DNA from: a virus
Lineage: Duplodnaviria; Heunggongvirae; Uroviricota; Caudoviricetes
Direction: 5' to 3' (one strand)
DNA length: 64,000 nt
Virus record (IMG/VR): IMGVR_UViG_3300042901_002340
In this document: positions 58,340-64,000 of the stretch, in pieces
Layout of the letters: every line of letters starts with the position of its first letter
How positions within the stretch are numbered: the stretch's first letter is position 1
Made by a program: the position numbers and the translations under genes
The notes under the pieces: generated by a model
What the model was told of the DNA's origin: nothing
Databases searched by the model: none
The model's input: the letters and a program-made list of their open reading frames with translations, nothing else

Positions 58340-58600
58340 TTACTTGGAAAAATTAAATAGTTGTTTAAGACCTTCACTTTCCTGATTCTCCAGATTTTCC
58401 GCTTCAATCTTTTTATTTAGATTAGCAAGAAATATTTGATACTCGTAATACGGAACATTCTCAACCCAATTCATATCCAAATCATGCTCGTAAAAAAGCC
58501 TAAATTTAATCTCCAAGTAATTCTCTAAAGATATCTGAAATAACGAAAAGAGATCTGAGCCCTGAGGGAAAGGCAATATCCGCAGTGACCTCCTTACCAC
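58340..58600 (-). CDS. Small baseplate-hub/tail assembly protein (gp51-like C-module); probably made by frameshift
   Basis: SLENYLEIKFRL..EH.....VENVPYYEYQIF resembles the small ORF that follows gp26 in T4-like phages. It overlaps the upstream gene and has no convincing start of its own. Confidence 0.55.
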   Translation of the reverse strand: MVRRSLRILPFPQGSDLFSLFQISLENYLEIKFRLFYEHDLDMNWVENVPYYEYQIFLANLNKKIEAENLENQESEGLKQLFNFSK

Positions 58601-59702
58601 AAACCGGACAAACCTGTTTTACATCAATCTCGGTACCAATCTTTATCTTCTCAGAAAGACCAAAGTATAGGCTATATTCTTCCTTCGACCAATAATCAGA
58701 CTCTCTCATCCTCATAAGGATCTTTTCATTCGTTAATCCCCTCCATTCTTTTAGAATAAATGGAGCAATCTCTAAAAACCCTTCGTCTATATCTATATTT
58801 CTAGCAGAGCAATATACAACAAAGTCGCTTATTGCACTGTTTATACCTATAGTAGGAACAGTCATTTCTATACTTTTACCTATTTTCTTAACGTCAAATA
58901 CAAAACTTCTTGTTGTTGGATTATAGTATTTTACAATTCTATCCTCCAACTCATAGGATCTTAATCCTCCAGTCCTTAATTCTATACCATTAGAAAATGG
59001 ACACTCCGATTTGTTTTCACATTTTGTTTTAGGCATAAGAATTATCGAGTTTTCACCACTTATAAATGTTAAATCCCTTATCGCCATAATTGCAAAGAAT
59101 CTATCCTCCTGAATAAGATCCTTAAATGACACTACACCCTCCCCTGGGTAATCCATTCTTAGACATCTATCTATAACATATCCAAGTTTTTCCTCGATGT
59201 CCAATCTATCATCTTCATCGATTGCTGAAAAGTGTCTTATCTCCTTTACTTCAGCTGCTCTAATAGCTATTTTTGTTCCCTCTGGATAAAACATACCTTT
59301 CGATGGAAGCAATCCGACAGGTAGATTTTTCCATCCCAAATCGAATGATGGAGAATCAACGTATGATTGTGCTTTACCAAATGATGTTATTGGTTCTGGC
59401 TGGATTTTACCGTCATTTATATTTCCGAGATTTACAACAGGTTCAGGTTGTCTAAATATAGGTTGTTCCTGTTCCTTTATAGCAACAGATTCATGCTGTC
59501 TAAATATAGGTTGTTCTTGTTCCTTTATAGCAATAGGTTCAGGCTGTCTAAATATAGGTTGTTCTTGTTTCTCCATCGGAGCAGAAATTGTTTGTTCGGT
59601 TATATGAACTTGTTCATCCTCCATCGGATCATCATATACCATTCCACTTTGTTCCTCTCTCATTTTTAATATCTCTTCCGGTGATATATCTAAATTACTC
59701 AT
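58506..59702 (-). CDS. Baseplate hub assembly / tail chaperone, gp26-like
   Basis: LPSKGMFY, DL..EDRFFAIMAIR and a C-terminal CPVCG zinc finger. Located between the tube genes and the gp29-like gene. Confidence 0.7.
   Translation of the reverse strand: MSNLDISPEEILKMREEQSGMVYDDPMEDEQVHITEQTISAPMEKQEQPIFRQPEPIAIKEQEQPIFRQHESVAIKEQEQPIFRQPEPVVNLGNINDGKIQPEPITSFGKAQSYVDSPSFDLGWKNLPVGLLPSKGMFYPEGTKIAIRAAEVKEIRHFSAIDEDDRLDIEEKLGYVIDRCLRMDYPGEGVVSFKDLIQEDRFFAIMAIRDLTFISGENSIILMPKTKCENKSECPFSNGIELRTGGLRSYELEDRIVKYYNPTTRSFVFDVKKIGKSIEMTVPTIGINSAISDFVVYCSARNIDIDEGFLEIAPFILKEWRGLTNEKILMRMRESDYWSKEEYSLYFGLSEKIKIGTEIDVKQVCPVCGKEVTADIAFPSGLRSLFVISDIFRELLGD
59440..59570 (-). repeat. 48-bp / 16-aa coding repeat, about 3 units
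   Basis: EQPIFRQPEPIAIKEQ-type units. Confidence 0.85.
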
Positions 59703-59735
59703 AAAAAATTAATTTTATTCTATATAACACAACAC

Positions 59736-59762
59736 AAAAAAAAAGGCCAAAATTTGACCTTA
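59736..59762 (-). terminator. Intrinsic terminator after the tube genes
   Basis: Minus strand aaggtcaa-attt-ttggcctt (one G.U pair) followed by a U-tract. Confidence 0.7.
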
Positions 59763-59781
59763 ATTTTAGAATTATCTTTTA

Positions 59782-60357
59782 TTATAAAAATAGATCCTCC
59801 CAGTAATCACAAACCCATGATGTTCTTATGGTATAGATAGCAGGAGTTTCATAATCAAGATCCATTGCGTTTATAGGTTCACTTATGAAGCAAGAAGGAA
59901 TTCTTATTCTTCTAAAAACATCACCTTGTTTATTAAATATTGAAATTAGGATGGATCCAACATAGTCATTTTTAAGACCCATCGCTCCAGTTAGAGGATT
60001 ATAGATCAAATCAGACCATTGTCTAAGTATTTTGTAAAGCTCCATAGAATTGGAGTTATTAAGGTTGACCTCAAATTCCATGGAAAGATTCATATCACTA
60101 GTTTGAGGTTCACCTCCAGCATATCTTCTGGTAGCAAACTTATAGTTTTGATTTACCGTCTGTGCAGGAGCAATATCAACAGCTAATCCTGTTATAGATT
60201 TAACCTGCTGAGTCAATATGCTTTCACCATTAAAAGTTGTACTAGCCGAAACTATAGCAGCAGGTGGGCTTATCAGTACTTCAAACTGATTAAGAAATAC
60301 AGGCTCAAAATTATTTATACCTGCAAGTGAATTTGTAAAATGTGGTAATCCAGCCAT
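59782..60357 (-). CDS. Tail tube protein (paralogue 2)
   Basis: 191 aa downstream of the sheath. EPVFLNQFEV, RQWSDLIYNPLTG and DYW. Confidence 0.85.
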   Translation of the reverse strand: MAGLPHFTNSLAGINNFEPVFLNQFEVLISPPAAIVSASTTFNGESILTQQVKSITGLAVDIAPAQTVNQNYKFATRRYAGGEPQTSDMNLSMEFEVNLNNSNSMELYKILRQWSDLIYNPLTGAMGLKNDYVGSILISIFNKQGDVFRRIRIPSCFISEPINAMDLDYETPAIYTIRTSWVCDYWEDLFL

Positions 60358-60371
60358 TTATATTTTTTATT

Positions 60372-60926
60372 TTATAGGAATAGATCGTCCCAATAATCAA
60401 CGGCAAATACCATATCATCTATCTTATATAGATCAGTACTTGTGTAGTTTAGATTCATTGGTGAGATAGGTTTAGTCGGAAACGTATCCTTGCATGTTAT
60501 TCTCCTATAAACGTCACCAGCTTTATTGAAAACCGAAATAATTATAGTTCCAGTGTAGTCATTTTTAAGACCCATCGCTCCAGTTAGAGGATTATAGATC
60601 AAATCAGACCACTGTCTTAAAGTTTTAAAGACGTACATGGAATTTGCATCATTAAGGTTGACGCTGAACGTTATACTAAGATCCATAAAGGTATTCTCAG
60701 GTTTCGATCCCGCATAATTCCTTTTAGCAAATTTATATTTCTGTTGAACCGTTCCTGGATTTTTATCTAGAGAAAGTCCATTAACCTTGCTAACGTGTTG
60801 TAATAAAATGTTACCACCCGCTATAGCAGCCGGTGGTATTATTGTTACCTCGAATTGATTCAGATAAACAGGTTCATACTTGTTTATCGATGATAGTGAA
60901 TTTTGATAATGTGATAGTCCTGCCAT
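60372..60926 (-). CDS. Tail tube protein (paralogue 1)
   Basis: 184 aa directly after the sheath, with the same motifs. Confidence 0.85.
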   Translation of the reverse strand: MAGLSHYQNSLSSINKYEPVYLNQFEVTIIPPAAIAGGNILLQHVSKVNGLSLDKNPGTVQQKYKFAKRNYAGSKPENTFMDLSITFSVNLNDANSMYVFKTLRQWSDLIYNPLTGAMGLKNDYTGTIIISVFNKAGDVYRRITCKDTFPTKPISPMNLNYTSTDLYKIDDMVFAVDYWDDLFL

Positions 60927-60966
60927 AATTACTTATATTTATCTTCGTTGTCCAAAAAGAATGAAA

Positions 60967-63900
60967 TTATACAAATTGTATAAATCCTCCAGCAGCTATT
61001 CCTCCTGTTCTAGTAACGGTAATTCTATTTATGAATTTATGTATACCCCTAGCAGGTTCGATTATAATATCGATTATACCCATATTCATATCTATAATAG
61101 CCGGTGTATTATTTGACGAGTCCATTATTGTCTGATAAGCGTAAATACCACCACCAGATCTAACACCATCAAGATAATTATCAACCAATGTTTTAATTTC
61201 CAATCTTATCGAATCCTCATTGAAGTCGAAAAGATAGTTTGAAAGTATTTCCTGAGCGTCGTTTTCTATACTAATTAAAAGGTCTCTAACATGAACTAAA
61301 TTAAATGCAGAGTTTACTTGCTGATATGCTGTTTGATTACCAAATATAACAACACCAATACCTCTTCTTTTTATTATAGGGTTGATACCAAATGTTTCAA
61401 GATTTCCTCTGTCCTCATCGGTAAAATCATACTCAGTACCAACTATGTTACCACCACTTATTATACCTCTTTTCTGTCCTGCTACAATAGCATAAGGTTC
61501 ACCGTTTGCAAATTTTCTAATAAAATTATTCGATACGTATGCTGCGGGCGGAACGTTGATGTTTTTATTTCCACTTCTTATAACTATATAAGGTGAGTAG
61601 AATGCACAGAATTTAGATCCCTCTTCCTCTTTGGGTAAACCAAAAGTGTAACTTGGATTAAGTGATAAATTACCACCCTCTACAATATATCCGGTATTCA
61701 AAGGTGGATACGGATTAACAGCAGTAGGAGCTTCAGTAAATAAAGGATCAGTACTAGCTCTAAATTGTGCCATCGAAGGGGCATTTATAATAGCTAACGC
61801 CTGTTGTCTCATTTTTGCAAGTCTACTGAATTGCCATTTGGATTCAGGACCAATTATACCGCTAAATGTATCAACGATATATCTGAATGATATAACATCC
61901 TTAGAAGCAAGGGTTTTAGCAATATTAGTATCATAAATAACAGCCAATATCTCCTCCAGTCTAGCATCAGTCCCATTTGGTCTGTGTCTTTCCTTCATAG
62001 TAAATCCTTTAAGGAATGTAAAATCGAAAGATGTTGTAAACTGAGGTATAGATTTGAATTTCTGTACCCTAAGAGCTTCACCACTAGCGGAATAATATAG
62101 AACTGGTCTTGCAGTTTCAACTCTTAGTAAACCAAATGTCGAAGTCTTTGAAACAGACGTAACTCTAGTAAGCCTGTTTTGTCTATTACCAGTTTCAGGT
62201 TCACATATATCAAGATCAGTAGAAACTACCCAATCACCCACAGCTAAAGGGGAAATCCCACTAACCATATTAACATTAAATTTAGTAACATCAACTCTAG
62301 TACAATCAATAAACTTGTTTATAGATCCTATTTGTGATATTATATCCAATTTCTGCGCACTTACAGGAAGACCTATATTATCCGAGGAGTAAGAAGTTCC
62401 AAATCCTGCAATATCCAATATGGTATTATTATCAAAAGTATCCTGTTGTGAATATGCTCTTGAATAGGTTAAACGGAATTGATCTTTATCAACGGTATTT
62501 TGGAATCCTATATATTGCCCAGAAGGAGTACCTGTCGGTGTGGTCCATATTGAATCCCCATCCTCAAGCTCGTTATATTTACGATTCTGATAGAATGTCG
62601 ATGCGTTATATGCAACAACAGAATTAGTATATCCAGTTGGAGCACCAGGTCCAGTAGCACCGTTAGGTGTTGCTAAACTGATTATATCAAAATAATCAGA
62701 ATTACCAAATTGATAGGAGCCATTATAGTAAGGTTTATTACTTCCAGATGCACCAGTATTATAAGTTGCTAGATCGAATGTAGGTTTAACTGTAACGCCC
62801 TGCGATCTATACTGAGCAGTATCCAGCGGATGTGTCCACCAGATAAGAAGTTGTCCGCTTACGTCTTTAGTACCAGTAACTTTAAGTTTAACTATATCTG
62901 CCTCATTAAATTGGCTTATTAAAGAACCTGTTAATCCAGCAACCCCACTAACAACACCCAATATAAATTTCTCGTCATCAGAAGAAGAAACATTAAGGAA
63001 AGATTTTAATTGGGCTCTTTGTGCAGCATTTACTAGATTTCCTGGTGTTCCTATACCGAAAGCACCACTTGTCGGGGTCTTTGTTTGAAGATAATGCATA
63101 CCTGTATCAAAAGCATTGGGATCATACGTAACAAAAGATCCCTGAGATACCCCTGCAGTTGCACCGGTTATAGTAAACAGTGTACCAACTTTAGTACCAG
63201 ACGTAAATCCAGTAATACCAGCGGGACTAACAAATCCGGTAGCACCAGTTATACCAACAACATTCTGAGTGTATAGATAATCTGCCTGTAATGCTTGATC
63301 ATAACTTAGGAAGTTTATTCTAGGATTAGGAAGATCTCTATTTCCACTAAGCTCATCGATTAGATGATTACCAATCAGATCAATTTTTGAAGAATTGTTA
63401 CAAATATCATCAAATGCTTGTTCATCTACAGCACAGAATAACCCCGTTGATGCAGTATTATTGTTTATTAAAGTTTGTATGTATCTATTGGTACCGTTAA
63501 GGTCTACGAAATCTGGTATAATACATCCAGTAACGGATGTAACTATAGAAACATTTGGATTTGCAAGAAATTGATCTATCTTGGATTTTACAAATCCGTT
63601 ATTTGTAAAGTAGGTAGCCCATAAAGGATCTTGATGAAGAGCTTCGTAGTTTGTCCAATCTCCATATACCGCGATAACATCAACAAAATAATCACTCATA
63701 TAATCATAAGGATGCATAAAGGATGGTACATTATTAGCACCATACCAATCAATCGCAAATATATTATATCCACTTAGAGGTGCTGTCGAATCGGTAGATT
63801 TTCTAACGATTACACTCATAGGGGATTTTCCAAGATTTGTTAGATTAAATAATTTTCCTTGATCCGATATACTTAGTGTGGCTAAGAAATAATTAGGATC

Positions 63901-64000
63901 AGCAAACCAAAATCTTTCCTTGTTATAGTAGGAAGAATATAGTTCGCTGGTAACAACACCATTGTATTCCTCAGTATCAACTGAGAATGATCTATACGTA
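60967..64000 (-). CDS. Tail sheath protein, gp18-like (partial; the frame stays open beyond the right edge)
   Basis: VPPAAYV, AGQKRG, GINPI, IFGNQT, VHVRDLL, FDFNE and DSSNNTPAIID. The frame is open from 63819 to 63999. Confidence 0.92.
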   Translation of the reverse strand, partial: TYRSFSVDTEEYNGVVTSELYSSYYNKERFWFADPNYFLATLSISDQGKLFNLTNLGKSPMSVIVRKSTDSTAPLSGYNIFAIDWYGANNVPSFMHPYDYMSDYFVDVIAVYGDWTNYEALHQDPLWATYFTNNGFVKSKIDQFLANPNVSIVTSVTGCIIPDFVDLNGTNRYIQTLINNNTASTGLFCAVDEQAFDDICNNSSKIDLIGNHLIDELSGNRDLPNPRINFLSYDQALQADYLYTQNVVGITGATGFVSPAGITGFTSGTKVGTLFTITGATAGVSQGSFVTYDPNAFDTGMHYLQTKTPTSGAFGIGTPGNLVNAAQRAQLKSFLNVSSSDDEKFILGVVSGVAGLTGSLISQFNEADIVKLKVTGTKDVSGQLLIWWTHPLDTAQYRSQGVTVKPTFDLATYNTGASGSNKPYYNGSYQFGNSDYFDIISLATPNGATGPGAPTGYTNSVVAYNASTFYQNRKYNELEDGDSIWTTPTGTPSGQYIGFQNTVDKDQFRLTYSRAYSQQDTFDNNTILDIAGFGTSYSSDNIGLPVSAQKLDIISQIGSINKFIDCTRVDVTKFNVNMVSGISPLAVGDWVVSTDLDICEPETGNRQNRLTRVTSVSKTSTFGLLRVETARPVLYYSASGEALRVQKFKSIPQFTTSFDFTFLKGFTMKERHRPNGTDARLEEILAVIYDTNIAKTLASKDVISFRYIVDTFSGIIGPESKWQFSRLAKMRQQALAIINAPSMAQFRASTDPLFTEAPTAVNPYPPLNTGYIVEGGNLSLNPSYTFGLPKEEEGSKFCAFYSPYIVIRSGNKNINVPPAAYVSNNFIRKFANGEPYAIVAGQKRGIISGGNIVGTEYDFTDEDRGNLETFGINPIIKRRGIGVVIFGNQTAYQQVNSAFNLVHVRDLLISIENDAQEILSNYLFDFNEDSIRLEIKTLVDNYLDGVRSGGGIYAYQTIMDSSNNTPAIIDMNMGIIDIIIEPARGIHKFINRITVTRTGGIAAGGFIQFV

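Noticed and set aside
1-64000. Stop-codon reassignment as in some gut megaphages
   Set aside because: Core genes are full length in the standard code, and TAG and TGA both serve as real stops (e.g. 44192, 55322).
1-64000. tRNA/rRNA genes, introns or inteins
   Set aside because: Intergenic gaps are short and explained by promoters or terminators. No cloverleaf was seen by eye and core enzymes have normal lengths. A tRNAscan/Infernal run would be needed for certainty.

Overview
A 64-kb slice of a very large T4-like (myovirus) jumbo-phage genome. It is AT-rich, uses the standard genetic code and is almost entirely encoded on the minus strand. It holds baseplate/neck genes, a head module (major capsid protein, protease-scaffold fusion, two tandem portal paralogues, gp4-like protein), a tail module (sheath, two tube paralogues, gp26/gp51-like and gp29-like genes), DNA-metabolism genes (ligase, clamp loader, RNase H, exonucleases, kinases, dCMP deaminase, AsnB-like amidotransferase), a ribosomal-protein-S1-like gene and two phage sigma factors. 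TAnnTTTG promoters and A-rich leaders without Shine-Dalgarno sequences point to a Bacteroidota host. The most notable signals read from the sequence are: (i) three promoter classes whose placement implies a host-sigma to phage ECF-sigma to gp55-like-sigma cascade; (ii) two full-length tandem portal genes with an identical C-terminus; (iii) a family of late proteins, including a nucleotidyltransferase, with a T4 capsid-targeting-like N-terminal tag; (iv) an unannotated -1 frameshift extension of a core-like protein and a probable +1/-2 frameshift in the tail chaperone; (v) a UvsE homologue with its metal ligands replaced; (vi) a 56-bp identical tract between the two tube genes. All product calls come from motif recognition by eye. 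No database search was run.
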